Source: Naegleria gruberi
Lineage: Eukaryota
NCBI GenBank assembly: GCA_000004985.1
Contig: GG738848.1
Direction: 5' to 3' (one strand)
DNA length: 64,000 nt
The notes below the pieces were generated by a model. That model was not told the origin of the DNA. It searched no databases and saw nothing but the letters and a program-made list of their open reading frames with translations. Of this stretch, positions 1 through 11,285 are shown piece by piece; position 1 is the stretch's first letter, and every line of letters starts with the position of its first letter. Both the position numbers and the translations under genes were made by a program.

Positions 1-904
1 CCTTGTTATCATCATGCTGAAGGTTATGTAGAAGGGAATTAATTTTCGAGTGTTCATCTCTGATCGATTGAAGAAGATCGAGTGTGCTATTGTTGTTATC
101 TACTGCTGTTGAGGTTGACAATTGTTTGAGATTGTTTGAAGAGTTGGGTTGTTCTTGATGATGGAGATTAGTAAGAGAACCATCCAATGTATAGATTGAG
201 AAGGTCTCTCCTTCTTCACTTGTTGTTGAAGTGCTACTATGACTTGAATTACTATAGGAAAGTGCATGGTGATACTTTCTTTGGGGAGGTTCTAATATAA
301 TTTCATTGTTGTTGTCTTGTTCTTCATGATGTGATGATGATGAATTCATTACATTTCTTGAATAAGAAGGTTGAATAGAAAATGCTTCCATGTGAATAGG
401 TTCAACCAATGTTTCCTCCAATTTACCAATTATTGATTTCTCATAATGTTGATTATCACATCCTGATGGAGGTGTAATATCTGGTTGTTGCTGATGATTG
501 TTTTTTTCACAAAGAGAGGAAATAATTGATGGAGAAATCTTAGACAAATCAATTGTACTTGCATTCAGCATTTCAATATTCTCTCCAATAATATTATCTT
601 TAGTTTCTAATGCTTTTTCTTGACAAGTTGAATCGCCTTGTTTCTTCTGCATGTTGTTGAATGGGTTTGTTTGCATTTTCTTATTAATTTGGTTGTGAGA
701 GTCTGGCAACGAATCATGCAGCTGCTGAGAAGACATTCCAATAAATTTACCTTTCGTATAATTATTTTCTTCTGCATCCTCAATAATGTCCACAATAACA
801 ACACTATTGCTTGAAGATCCGTGGTCGGCCGAATAGGAGAAATGTTTCTCTTGATTATTTGTCTTGCTATTTATGTGACTTGTTTTGAAATTCATAAAAT
901 TCAT
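1..904 (-). CDS. Hypothetical S/N-rich protein, N-terminal part. The gene continues beyond the window start.
   Basis: Hand translation of the minus strand from the ATG at 902-904 (MNFMNFKTSHINSKTNNQEKHF...) stays open with no stop for about 300 codons to position 1. An in-frame stop lies about 22 codons upstream of the ATG. The ORF track omits it because there is no stop inside the window. No recognisable domain. Confidence 0.4.
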   Translation of the reverse strand, partial: MNFMNFKTSHINSKTNNQEKHFSYSADHGSSSNSVVIVDIIEDAEENNYTKGKFIGMSSQQLHDSLPDSHNQINKKMQTNPFNNMQKKQGDSTCQEKALETKDNIIGENIEMLNASTIDLSKISPSIISSLCEKNNHQQQPDITPPSGCDNQHYEKSIIGKLEETLVEPIHMEAFSIQPSYSRNVMNSSSSHHEEQDNNNEIILEPPQRKYHHALSYSNSSHSSTSTTSEEGETFSIYTLDGSLTNLHHQEQPNSSNNLKQLSTSTAVDNNNSTLDLLQSIRDEHSKINSLLHNLQHDDNK

Positions 905-1603
905 TTTGGCTATTGGATGAGAACAGTTAGTAATTTGATAAGAAGTGATTTAATATATATTGAAAAGATGATGAAAAGAATGTTCAGAAGTAATGATTGC
1001 AATAAAACGTTACTAAGTAACTTTAATAATAGATTCTGAGAGAGATATAAACAACATGAGCAGTGTGGGTAACAAGGTTTAATGTTGCCACACTTTTTAT
1101 GAGATATATATTTGACAAGAGAATAACCAACAGACAACCCAAGCTCTATTTTTAATGTTATCACAACAGGTTCTTTTGTTGGTAGTAGTTGGGTGTGGGT
1201 TTGAGTATTGTGAATTAGTTGAATTGGGAGTTTGTTGTTTCTAAAGTGCTCTGGGTGATGTCTTGATACTGTTTTATTAAATTGAAGCGTTATTGGATAA
1301 TGAAATGAATTTTCATGCCTTATCTAGTTTCTTTTAATGTAAATAACTGAAGAATTTGATTTAAGGATTGACTGTATTCAATCTGAATACTTGATAAATA
1401 TAATATCATAAATAACGAACTCAATAGGTACTGTAATAATCTTCCTATTGGTTCCTTAATATTACTTCCTTTTTACCACATCACATTTCAAGATCTGTTC
1501 ATTGTTCAAGAGTCTTTTCATAAATCATCGATAGGAAGCTATGAACTTTTAATCAAAAAAAAAGAATTTACATTGCCAATTCTTCTTCTATAACGTCGTC
1601 ATC

Positions 1604-4600
1604 ATGTCCCAACAACAACAACAACAACAGGAGGAAGAAATTGATCCAACATTGTTGAATTATAGAAACTTGACATTGTATGTAAAAAAGGGTGAAAGTA
1701 AGGATGTTGTCTCGGCATTGATCAGAGAGAATGAAAGTTCAAGTCAATCATCCTCTTCCGAAGATATTCAAAATAATGTGGAGGAGGCTTTTTCCAAGAC
1801 TGTTGATGAATCTACATTCCGAATTGAAGAATTAGATGAGGAGAGTTTAGAAAAATTATTAGCAGAATTATTAAAAGATCAAGATGATCAAGAAGTGTCA
1901 ATTCAACAAAATTATCTAATGAGAGAACAATCACTAAAACCTCCAGAACCTGGTACTGTTGAAATTAAACAACAAGTTGAATTTCCTCCTAAATTAGATC
2001 AATTAGAAACTGCCATAAATTCTGTAGGAAATTATCTGGCAGAAAAGGCAACAGAAAACAAGAAACAAGAAACAAACTTTAAAATCATTAGATCTGTTCC
2101 AACTGGAAAGCAAAATTCGGAAATAAGTTCAGTACCATTTATTTCCATTACATTTAGTCATGATATGATTGAAGAATTTGATGGAGAACCAAAATCATTT
2201 GAAGAAATTGATTTTGTTGAAATTAGTCCAGTCACTGAAAATGTTAAGGAAGGAAAATGGAAATGGATTGGAACTAAATCTTTAGTATTTCAACCAAGAT
2301 TCAGATTTGATAGATCTAATGAATTCACTTACAAGATTCTGAAAGAAAAGACCAAATCTGTGTTTGGTAACACGATTGAAGAAGATTTGGTGGTCACTTT
2401 CAAAACGCCAACATCACGCACTCTCTCAGTTATTCCTTCGTCAACAAGTTTCCCAATTTCCGAACTTCCTTTCATTTTCCTTCAATTTGATCAAGATATG
2501 GATAAGCAAAGTGTTCTTGCACATTTGTCAATAACAGTTTCTTCTAAATCTATTGGTGTAGAAGTATTAGAAGAAACATCAATTATTTCCAAAATGTTGG
2601 AAGATTTGGATTATGCTAAAAAGTTTCCATATGTTTTTGGATCATACAATAGATGCCTTCAAGGCACATATGACCCAAAGAGGTGTATGTGGCTGAAGTT
2701 GCATATTGCCAATGAAACTTTACATGCTGGAAAGGATTATCCAAAAATTGGATTAGGAGAATATTTGAGTATTTTATTGAAAAAGGGGTATAAGAGTTTG
2801 GAAGGACCAATACCGTCAGCTCATGAATACTCGACAGGTATTTATGGTTATTCCAAAATGGCAGTCAACTATCATTACCCAAAGAAACATTTATTTTATA
2901 ATGATATTTATCCAGGATGTTCATTTACTTTCAGTTTCAACAATCCAATTGATTTGGACAAGATAGAAAGTATTGAAACATTTGTCCAAGTTGAACCAGC
3001 CATTAAAAATTATAAGGTAACTTGTAATGGTAATAGTATTGTAATATCTGGTGATACACTTGCTAGAGAAAAGTATCGTGTGAAAATATTGAAAGGTGTC
3101 CCTGATATTTATAATCAAAGCTTGGAAAATGAATATGAAGCAACTTTTGAAGTGAGCGGAGAAGATAGAGAATTCAACATGACTCTTTCAAACTCAACAA
3201 TTATGCCACCTTGCTTGTTTGATTCACAAGATCCTTTTCTTTACTTTGATTCTGTAAATATTCAAGAAACTCATGTTATTATTAATCAAGTTGATCCTGT
3301 AGAAATGTACAAGGAAAGCTCTTTTCCCAAGTTAGCTGCAAAAACAGTATTTAATTCATATGATAATTATGATTACTTTGATTGGTATCCTCGTAAACCT
3401 CACAAGATTGGAAAGGAAGTTTTTGATCAAAAGGTAAAACCTGATAACTTTGTAAAAGATAGAACAGTTTCAACCAAGATTATGTTATCTCAATATCTCC
3501 AAAATGGAAAGACTGGATCTCTACTTGTTCACATCAAACCAAAGAGATCTATTTTATACAACTTATTTAATGGATACGAAACCAAGTGGATTCAAGTTTC
3601 AAATTTGTGTGCTGATATTATTAGTATCACAGGAGAGAAGGCAGCAGTTTTTGTTACTGATTTCTCAACTGGAAAACCAGTTCCAAATGCCACAGTAACT
3701 TTATCCTATTCTACCAATAATACACCAACGAAAGATGAAGACTTGAATATTATCTCAACAAGTGAAACAACAAATGAAAATGGAATGGCCTTCTTTTCCT
3801 ACAGTCGTAATTATCACACTGTTTTGATCATTTCAAAAGATCAAGATCAAGTTGTGTACACAAATCCAACAATTTACTCTCATTCAATCCGAACCGACAC
3901 AATTTCTGCTCATATATTTAATGATCGTGGTCTTTACAAGCCAAATGAAAATGTACATATCAAAGGTTTCCTTAGAGATATCAAGTACAATTATGAAAAG
4001 GGTTCTGAGAACTATGGCACCTATTCTATTAGAGAACCATCCACTGAAACTAAAGCTACCTATGAAGTTCAGGATTCTCGAGGTGTCAAATATTTGGATG
4101 GAAAGATTGAATTGAGTCCAAGTGGATCCTTTGTATTGGATTTAACTGTTCCTGATAATGCTAATTTGGGTTCTCATTCCTTGACAATTTGCTATGGATC
4201 TAGAAAATTTAACCACACTTTCAATGTTCAAGAATTTAGAACAAAAGAGTATACAGTTTCTAGCAGCATTATTCCTTCATCTGATAAGGTGGATTTGTTT
4301 ATTGGTGACAAATTGGTAAATAAGGTCAGCGCAAAGTATTATAGTGGAGGTGGCTTGTCCAATTCCCAAGTTAACTACCAGTTCAACACAGAACCTGCAA
4401 CCTTTAATCCAGAAGGATGGAGTAATTATGTCTTTCAAGATACAGATCTCAGAAATAATTACAAGCTCAATACTCTTATTGAAAATATGAAATCCAAATA
4501 TCAAGTATATCAAAGCTTTAACAGTGCAACTGACCCAAGCGGAGATGATCATGCCTTTATGCAGTTGTGGGATCCAGAAAAAATAGTAACTGGTCCAATA

Positions 4601-7600
4601 AGCATTAATTGTAAAGCAAATGTTCAAGATATTAATAGACAAACACAAGGAACATCTAGTGAGGTTATTCTCCACTCTTGTAAATACTATGTTGGTATTC
4701 GCTGTACAAAGAGAGTTGTTATGAAATCTGATGAAAATATTGACTGCTTTTTCATTGTTACAGATATTAGAGGTAAAATTGTAAAGGATATTCCAATATC
4801 TGTAAAATTGGTCAAGTTTGGTTATGATTCTAGGGGTTATGAAAGATGGGAAACCACTAAACCAATCAAGGAAATTAATCTAACCTCTCAAAGTCAACCA
4901 CTTCTTCATACATTTACCCTCAATGAAAACACAAATGATACTGCCTATGGAGAGTATGCAATTTTGTGTGAGGTAAAAGAGAGTGAAAGACCAAAATTTA
5001 GATCAGGCATTAACAGATGTAGTATTCCAATTCGTAAATTTGGATTTAAAGAACACTTGACATCAAAGGGATACACTTCACTCAGCACCAATTCACTTGA
5101 GTTAATTTCTAATAAGTTTGAAACTGATGAATACGAGCCAGGTGAAGAAGCCAAAGTTTATATTGTCTCTCCATTCAATGGTGAGTGCTCTGGATTTGCC
5201 TGGGTTTTATGCAATGGATTAATCAAAGAGGAGAGATTTGACATTACTAACGGTATCCATGAATTGACCATTCCAATCAAGAAGGAATACAGACCTAATA
5301 TCCAAGTAAGAGTTCAATTATTTGGTACTGAAAATTATATTGATGTTGATGACAAGCCAAGAGTTAATCCAGCTCATGCTACTGGATCTCTAACCCTCAA
5401 TATTTCCAAAACCGAGCATGAACTCACTGTAACTGTCACTCCAAAGGACCCAATCTTGAGTCCAGGAAAAGAAACTGATGTCAGCATTCTCGTAAAAGAT
5501 AAGCAAGGAAACAATGTACCAAATTGTGAGGTTTGTTTAATTGTTGCTGATCAAGCTGTTTTAGATATGGCCAATTATTCAGTTACCAATCCAATGTTTA
5601 CCTTTGTTTCTAACAATTCATGCTCTGTTGATTTCTCTTCGATAAGAGATCGAGTAAGATATTGGTTATATCCAAGAAAAAATCAAAGAGATGAAGAAAT
5701 CTTAGCAATAAGACAACAGGCACTCCCTTCTTCAAATTTGTGTGCATGTGATTTAGCTGGTTGCAGTGGAGGCCGTTCGCGTAAATGCTGTGAACAATGT
5801 GGCGAATGTGACGATATGGCTCAAAAGGAATGCAAACGTGAAAAGTGTTGCAAGAAGTCATGTGGCCTTGCATGTTTTTCTAGAAGGTGTTGTAAAAATA
5901 GTAAGGATTCATATGATGGCTCACGATCCCAGATGCCATCTATGGATGATAGAAATGGTGTATTTGAAATTCGTTCCAACTTTAAACCAGATGCTGCTTT
6001 TATTGGATTTGCTCAAACTGATGAAAATGGATTTGCAAAGCTTGATTTCAAATTGACTGACGCTCTCACAAAATTCAAAGTTACAGCTGTTGTAAATGCT
6101 AAACAAGACATGTTTGGTATTGGTAATTCTGCAATTACTACCAATTTACCTATTGCAGTTAGACCATCACTTCCAAGATTTTTGAATTATGGAGATTTAT
6201 GTGATTTGACCTATGTTTTACAAAATCAAACAGATTCTGATTTGACTCTTTCTCTAGTATGTAATGTATCAAATCTCAGAATATTCAATGGAAAGGATAA
6301 AAATCAACGTAAGAAGGGATATACTGTTGTGATACCAGCAATGGGAAGAAAAGAAATTAGAATTCCTGTTCAAGTACTCAAATGTGGTAAGGCTCTTATC
6401 AATCTTGGAGTTAGAGTGGTTAGAGCCATAGCCAAGAATCCTGAAAAGCAAGAACTTGCCGATGGAATGGTTGGATGGTCAGATGCTGTCAAGAATGATT
6501 TCAAAGTTTTTACTCCAGTAACCAATGAAGCTTTTGCAACGTATGGAGATGTTAGTGCAGAAAGTGAAACTATTGTACAACCAATTTCACTTCCATCCAA
6601 GAATCTATTGGCACACTTTGGTGAATTCACTGTTAGTACTTCAACAACAGCTCTATCTACATTGACTGATTCTCTCATTTATCTCTATTCTTATCCATAT
6701 GAGTGTAATGAGCAAATTGCATCAAAGATTTTAGGTATAGTTTGTATGAAGGAAATGATCTTACAATTCTACACACCTGAAGAGCTTCAAAGATTGATGG
6801 AAATTTCTGGAGAGGAAGAAGTTAACACATTCATTAATTCCAACCTTGCTAGATTATTTGATCGTCAAAGATATGACGGAGCATTCTCATATTGGGATAG
6901 CAAGTTAATTGGAGACCCATTCTTAACATGTCATGTAGCTCTCTGTTTTGCAAAATGTAAATCTGAAGGTTACAAAATCCCAGATCAAATATTATCAAGA
7001 ACCAAATCCATTTTGAAGAATATTTCAAGTTTATTCTTCTTTGGATTCCTTTGGCCAAGATGTATTAAGGATACAATCAAATCATATGCCTATTATATTT
7101 TATCATTGTTAGCTGAAAGTGAATCTGATAAGGGACAGGTAATTTCTCTGTGTGAAGGAATTCTTGATCATTATAATAGCATTACTGAATTGACACAAGA
7201 ATTATCCCCAGAGACTGCTGCCTACCTTGCTATGGCCATTCATAAATGTAAGAAGGAACCAGTAACAGAAGAAAAGAAGGGCTTCTTTGCTAAATTTACT
7301 AAAGAAAAGATAACTATTCATCAATGGTTGGATGCTATCAAATCATACTTTAAGGAAAATGTAACAATTGACTCTGGAATTTATGCTCACTTTATTACTC
7401 GTTATGAAGATAATGAACTCGCTCAAATGGTTATGTTGCATTCAAATACCAGAACTGATGCTGTTGTTTTGGGTTGTTTGATGGAAATTGATAGAGAAGA
7501 CAGTAGTGATATTATTCAAAAATTGGTGAGAAGTTTGTTGGCTGCCAGAAATGCAAACAGATATGGTCGTTGGTATAATACTCAAGAAAATTCCATCTGT

Positions 7601-8404
7601 CTCATGTCACTCACTGATTATTTCAAGATATTTGAGAAGGAAATTCCAGATATGAATGTCAATACTTGGCTAGTAGATAGTACTAGACCAGAGGAAACTG
7701 TATTCATGGGTAATCAATCTTGGAAGGGAAGAAGTAGAGAAAAGAAAACTACATCATTACCACTTGTTGCCTTTGTTCCACGAAGTGATATTGAAAAGGA
7801 AGTTGTTAATCCAAATGAAAGTGATTCCAAAAAGTCATTCTTGTTGACAAAGAATGGAGCTGGAAGGCTTTACTATAGAATTGCTCTTTCATACACTCCT
7901 GAAGAATTGGTTCTCAAAGCTCTTGATAAAGGATTTTCAGTTTCCAGAGTTTACGAAGCAATTACCAACCCAGATGATGTCAAGTTTGACAAGTCAACAA
8001 AAACATGGAAGGTAAAATCAGGAGAATTAGTCAGAGTAACAGTTACGATTTGCAATCCAACCAGAAGATACAATGTAGCCATGGTTGACAAGATGCCAGC
8101 AGGTTTCGAAGCTGTCAATCCAGAACTCGATACACAATTTACTGATTTTGGAAATAGTGGCAATGAAGAAGATTTAGCAAACAAATACTATTACAAATGG
8201 TTCGAAAATCAAAACATTAGAGATGAAAGAGTTGAAGCATTCAGCAGAATCTTATATGAAGGCTCCCACGTTTACAGTTATATATGCAGAGCTACTACGA
8301 TTGGATCATTTGTTTCTCCTCCAGCTTATATCGAAGAAATGTACTCTCCTGAATGCTTTGGAAGAAGTAAGACTGAGTTTGTGCAAGTTTATGATAAAAA
8401 ATAA
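1604..8404 (+). CDS. Alpha-2-macroglobulin / thioester-containing protein (TEP/CD109-like) family, 2266 aa, single exon.
   Basis: Uninterrupted ORF with a real ATG (MSQQQQQQQEEE). A2M N-terminal-type segment (...CEVCLIVADQAVLDMANYSV...). Thioester-like motif YPYECNEQ, compared with canonical GCGEQ. Cys/Lys-rich insert at the bait-region position (LCACDLAGCSGGRSRKCCEQCGECDD...KCCKKSCGLACFSRRCCKNS). No N-terminal signal peptide is visible. Confidence 0.6.
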   Translation: MSQQQQQQQEEEIDPTLLNYRNLTLYVKKGESKDVVSALIRENESSSQSSSSEDIQNNVEEAFSKTVDESTFRIEELDEESLEKLLAELLKDQDDQEVSIQQNYLMREQSLKPPEPGTVEIKQQVEFPPKLDQLETAINSVGNYLAEKATENKKQETNFKIIRSVPTGKQNSEISSVPFISITFSHDMIEEFDGEPKSFEEIDFVEISPVTENVKEGKWKWIGTKSLVFQPRFRFDRSNEFTYKILKEKTKSVFGNTIEEDLVVTFKTPTSRTLSVIPSSTSFPISELPFIFLQFDQDMDKQSVLAHLSITVSSKSIGVEVLEETSIISKMLEDLDYAKKFPYVFGSYNRCLQGTYDPKRCMWLKLHIANETLHAGKDYPKIGLGEYLSILLKKGYKSLEGPIPSAHEYSTGIYGYSKMAVNYHYPKKHLFYNDIYPGCSFTFSFNNPIDLDKIESIETFVQVEPAIKNYKVTCNGNSIVISGDTLAREKYRVKILKGVPDIYNQSLENEYEATFEVSGEDREFNMTLSNSTIMPPCLFDSQDPFLYFDSVNIQETHVIINQVDPVEMYKESSFPKLAAKTVFNSYDNYDYFDWYPRKPHKIGKEVFDQKVKPDNFVKDRTVSTKIMLSQYLQNGKTGSLLVHIKPKRSILYNLFNGYETKWIQVSNLCADIISITGEKAAVFVTDFSTGKPVPNATVTLSYSTNNTPTKDEDLNIISTSETTNENGMAFFSYSRNYHTVLIISKDQDQVVYTNPTIYSHSIRTDTISAHIFNDRGLYKPNENVHIKGFLRDIKYNYEKGSENYGTYSIREPSTETKATYEVQDSRGVKYLDGKIELSPSGSFVLDLTVPDNANLGSHSLTICYGSRKFNHTFNVQEFRTKEYTVSSSIIPSSDKVDLFIGDKLVNKVSAKYYSGGGLSNSQVNYQFNTEPATFNPEGWSNYVFQDTDLRNNYKLNTLIENMKSKYQVYQSFNSATDPSGDDHAFMQLWDPEKIVTGPISINCKANVQDINRQTQGTSSEVILHSCKYYVGIRCTKRVVMKSDENIDCFFIVTDIRGKIVKDIPISVKLVKFGYDSRGYERWETTKPIKEINLTSQSQPLLHTFTLNENTNDTAYGEYAILCEVKESERPKFRSGINRCSIPIRKFGFKEHLTSKGYTSLSTNSLELISNKFETDEYEPGEEAKVYIVSPFNGECSGFAWVLCNGLIKEERFDITNGIHELTIPIKKEYRPNIQVRVQLFGTENYIDVDDKPRVNPAHATGSLTLNISKTEHELTVTVTPKDPILSPGKETDVSILVKDKQGNNVPNCEVCLIVADQAVLDMANYSVTNPMFTFVSNNSCSVDFSSIRDRVRYWLYPRKNQRDEEILAIRQQALPSSNLCACDLAGCSGGRSRKCCEQCGECDDMAQKECKREKCCKKSCGLACFSRRCCKNSKDSYDGSRSQMPSMDDRNGVFEIRSNFKPDAAFIGFAQTDENGFAKLDFKLTDALTKFKVTAVVNAKQDMFGIGNSAITTNLPIAVRPSLPRFLNYGDLCDLTYVLQNQTDSDLTLSLVCNVSNLRIFNGKDKNQRKKGYTVVIPAMGRKEIRIPVQVLKCGKALINLGVRVVRAIAKNPEKQELADGMVGWSDAVKNDFKVFTPVTNEAFATYGDVSAESETIVQPISLPSKNLLAHFGEFTVSTSTTALSTLTDSLIYLYSYPYECNEQIASKILGIVCMKEMILQFYTPEELQRLMEISGEEEVNTFINSNLARLFDRQRYDGAFSYWDSKLIGDPFLTCHVALCFAKCKSEGYKIPDQILSRTKSILKNISSLFFFGFLWPRCIKDTIKSYAYYILSLLAESESDKGQVISLCEGILDHYNSITELTQELSPETAAYLAMAIHKCKKEPVTEEKKGFFAKFTKEKITIHQWLDAIKSYFKENVTIDSGIYAHFITRYEDNELAQMVMLHSNTRTDAVVLGCLMEIDREDSSDIIQKLVRSLLAARNANRYGRWYNTQENSICLMSLTDYFKIFEKEIPDMNVNTWLVDSTRPEETVFMGNQSWKGRSREKKTTSLPLVAFVPRSDIEKEVVNPNESDSKKSFLLTKNGAGRLYYRIALSYTPEELVLKALDKGFSVSRVYEAITNPDDVKFDKSTKTWKVKSGELVRVTVTICNPTRRYNVAMVDKMPAGFEAVNPELDTQFTDFGNSGNEEDLANKYYYKWFENQNIRDERVEAFSRILYEGSHVYSYICRATTIGSFVSPPAYIEEMYSPECFGRSKTEFVQVYDKK

Positions 8405-8454
8405 AGTTTGATATTACAAGTAAGGTCAATAAATTAGGTCCTAAACAGCTTATT

Positions 8455-11012
8455 TTACTCCATACCAAGTGTTGGTTGGTTACTTTGCTTTTGCATAATC
8501 TTTTTCCATTTTCTGTTTGTGTGATCCATATGGAAGAATATTTGTCTCTTTTCGTCATTGCCATATTCTTCGTGAATAAGAACTTTGTCTTCAAGAAGGC
8601 CATCATCAGGAACACGACCAGTAAGAAATTGGAAAATCTTAGTTCTAGTTTCCTCAGTCACACGATTACAATCTTTCAAAATATTTGTGTTCAAATAAAG
8701 TTCAACTCTTTGTCTTCTTTCTTCATCATTTGCTTGAGGTTGTTGTGGAGGTTGTTGAGTTGGTTGTGGCTGTTGTTGTACTTGAGTATTTTCGAATGGT
8801 TGTTGATAATTTGGTGGATATTGTGGTTGTCTCATTTGATTTGGATTAGCTTGAGGCCTACTCATCATCATCATTTGATTATTCAATCCATTCATAGTGT
8901 TATTATCAGGTTGTTGGTGGAATCCCATCATGTTAGGGAATGCAGGGTTACCAATGGAAGGTAATAAATTGTTGGTTGGAGGTCGAGCATTAGATGGTTG
9001 AGAAGAATTAATACCTAGTAATTGAGTAAAGCTTTCTTGTCCCTTTCCAATACCACCAGGTAATACTCCTGGAGGAGCCATTAATCCAGGTTGTTGACTT
9101 GTGGGTTGAGAAGGATTTTGTTGATTGGCAAAGAATGGATTTGTCAACAAGCCAGACATGTTGGAATATTGATTTTGAGGGAAGTGTGAAAATCCTCCAG
9201 GAGTACCAGGATTAAACATTGGAGTAAGATAAGGTGCAGTATGATTCATGAGTGTTGTACTGAATAATGCTTGTTGATGAGGGTTAGTAGGATTGGCATG
9301 CATTGGTTGATTAATATTAGGATCTTGAGCTTGTGGCATCATATTATCAGCACCTTGTGGCATACCTTGTTGAGCATTAGCAGGATTGTTCTTTCTTCTC
9401 TTTCTACCAGGACCTGCACCATTTGCTAATTGAGCTTGTTGTGCAGCAACCTTTCTTTCTTCGGCCTGTTTCTTCTTAGCTTCTTCCTTTGCTTTCTTCT
9501 TCTCGATTTTTTCTTTTTCCTTCTTTTCCTTCATCTCAATCTTTTCAATCTTCTTTCTTTCTTTTTCTTGAACCTTTTGTTCATCTGTCATTTGTTTGGT
9601 GGAGGTTCTCTTCTTTTCATTTAATTGTTGTTCTTTCATTCTTTGAAGAGCAACAGAGTCATCTAGAAAAACTGATCTCGATGTGGAAGCTGACGAAACA
9701 GGAGTAGAAATGAGTTGTGTACCATGAGTAGGAGGATTTTTGATAAGGGTTGTCTTAGGTGTGGAAGGTAGATTGTTAATTTTCTTGATACCAGTGAGTT
9801 TGTTCTTATTTAACATAGTTGCACTTGTTGGTGTGTGGGTATTAGAATTGTATGTTTGTGGTCTAGTTGGAGTAAGTTTTTTAAGAGGAGAAAGTTTAAC
9901 TCCAACATTCTTCTTAGCAGACTCACTCTCCAATTCATCAAGAACAGAAAGCGGTTCAATTAAATTTTTACAAGCAGATGGTCTTAGGTTGAAATGTTTG
10001 TTAGAAACTAAACTACATGAGTGAGAACTGTACAAGGATCGGCCATTAGCCATCTCTTCCAAGTAGTGTTTCTTTTCGTTGAATTCTTTTGTGAGTTGTT
10101 CATTGCCCTCAGAGGAAACGTTCAAATATTTGAAAACGTTTGGTTTAAGAGTAGCAAAAGGAGATTGGGAGTTTTTAGAATCATCGTTCATCATATGAGC
10201 ATCATTATCTTCATCCTTTAGTGATAAATTACGGAAATACTTGATAGCTTGTTGGAAATATCGTTGAGGAGAATCTTCTTGCTCAATAGGGGCACTAATA
10301 GCCAATTCATTCAGGATACTAGTTTGAATATCAGTTCTAATACATGAATGTTCTGGGAATAAGTACAGTATTTCTGCCATCATTCTAACCCAATCATCTT
10401 CTCCATGGGTACTCTCGATAATATTCTGTATTTGTGCAATAATGATAATAACGAAAGTTGTTGGTTTTGTAGTGTGATGGTTTGAAGGGAGTGATGGGAG
10501 TAAAATGCATTTCGTAAAATAAGCAAGCCAACACCCAAAAAAAATAATAGAAGGGTTCAAAAAGTAGTTAGTTTGGTATGAAGGTTAATTGCATTCGGTT
10601 TGCTTTCAAAACTTACCTTGAATAATGTACAAAAGTGAGATGCCAATGTAGGAGACATTTGCTTCTTCTTTACAGAAAGGCAACACATTATGAATCGAAG
10701 TTTTATCAGTGGAGAGTTTGAAACACCCAAATTATAAAAATTTTCATAGTTATGATGAGTAGAGTCTGTCAAGAACAACTCTAGTGTTTCTTCATTGATT
10801 TGGGATGCGATACGATCCGAACTCCAGTCTGTATTCAGCTTGGAACATAACCACAATTCAATTTCTGGTAATTCTTTCTTGTGTTTTATACCACCATATG
10901 CTGAGGATGTATTTGTGTAGGAACCATCATGATGATGATCATCTATTATTGCGTCGTGATGAGAGCCGTTATAGTCATCTTGGTGGTGATAGGGTGAGGG
11001 TGTATCAATCAT
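8455..11012 (-). CDS. Q/P/N-rich nuclear-type protein with a K/E-rich charged coiled coil, 2 exons (10616-11012 and 8455-10425). Function unknown.
   Basis: Real ATG at 11010-11012 (MIDTPSPYHHQDDY...). GTAAGT donor after ...HFCTLFK at about 10615. Acceptor AAATACAG at about 10426, giving ...TLFK|NIIESTHGEDDWVRMMAEILYLFPEHSCIRTD. Long KEKKEKEKIEKKKAKEEAKKK block, then PQ-rich low complexity. Structured C-terminal about 90 aa (RVELYLNTNILKDCNRVTEETRTKIFQFLTG...). Confidence 0.5.
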
Positions 11013-11285
11013 ATTTTTTTTTATATTTATTATTAGATAAAATATTTTTTAAAAAAAAACGGATTGTAAAAAAACCTAACGTTTGTCATATCTGTCTTGC
11101 TGCTCCTCTGAAAAGCCACTTCAAGCCTATTGCTAACTTGAGGAAGGAAGCTTGATTTTCATCTTGATTAATAGTAGTCAATAATAATTTATGTGATTGG
11201 CGGAAGAAGATATATAGCTACTCTGCATTGAAGCTTTTGAGAGAAGAATTTTAATAGTTTGGTTTCGATATATTGCATCATCGTG

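Noticed and set aside
2616-6678. Multiple short ORFs antisense to or out of frame within the A2M-like gene (2616-2810-, 2921-3118-, 3504-3698+, 3852-4115+, 4277-4675-, 4945-5154-, 5610-5873-, 5766-6056+, 5921-6106-, 6269-6451-, 6370-6678-).
   Set aside because: All lie inside a 6.8-kb uninterrupted sense ORF with clear family motifs. They are chance open frames in AT-rich sequence, and several start on alternative codons.
8476-10221. Plus-strand ORFs (8476-8964, 9430-9624, 9489-9707, 9740-10024, 10021-10221) opposite the Q/P-rich gene.
   Set aside because: They are low-complexity antisense translations (poly-L/F/S) of K/E- and Q-rich coding sequence with no independent support.
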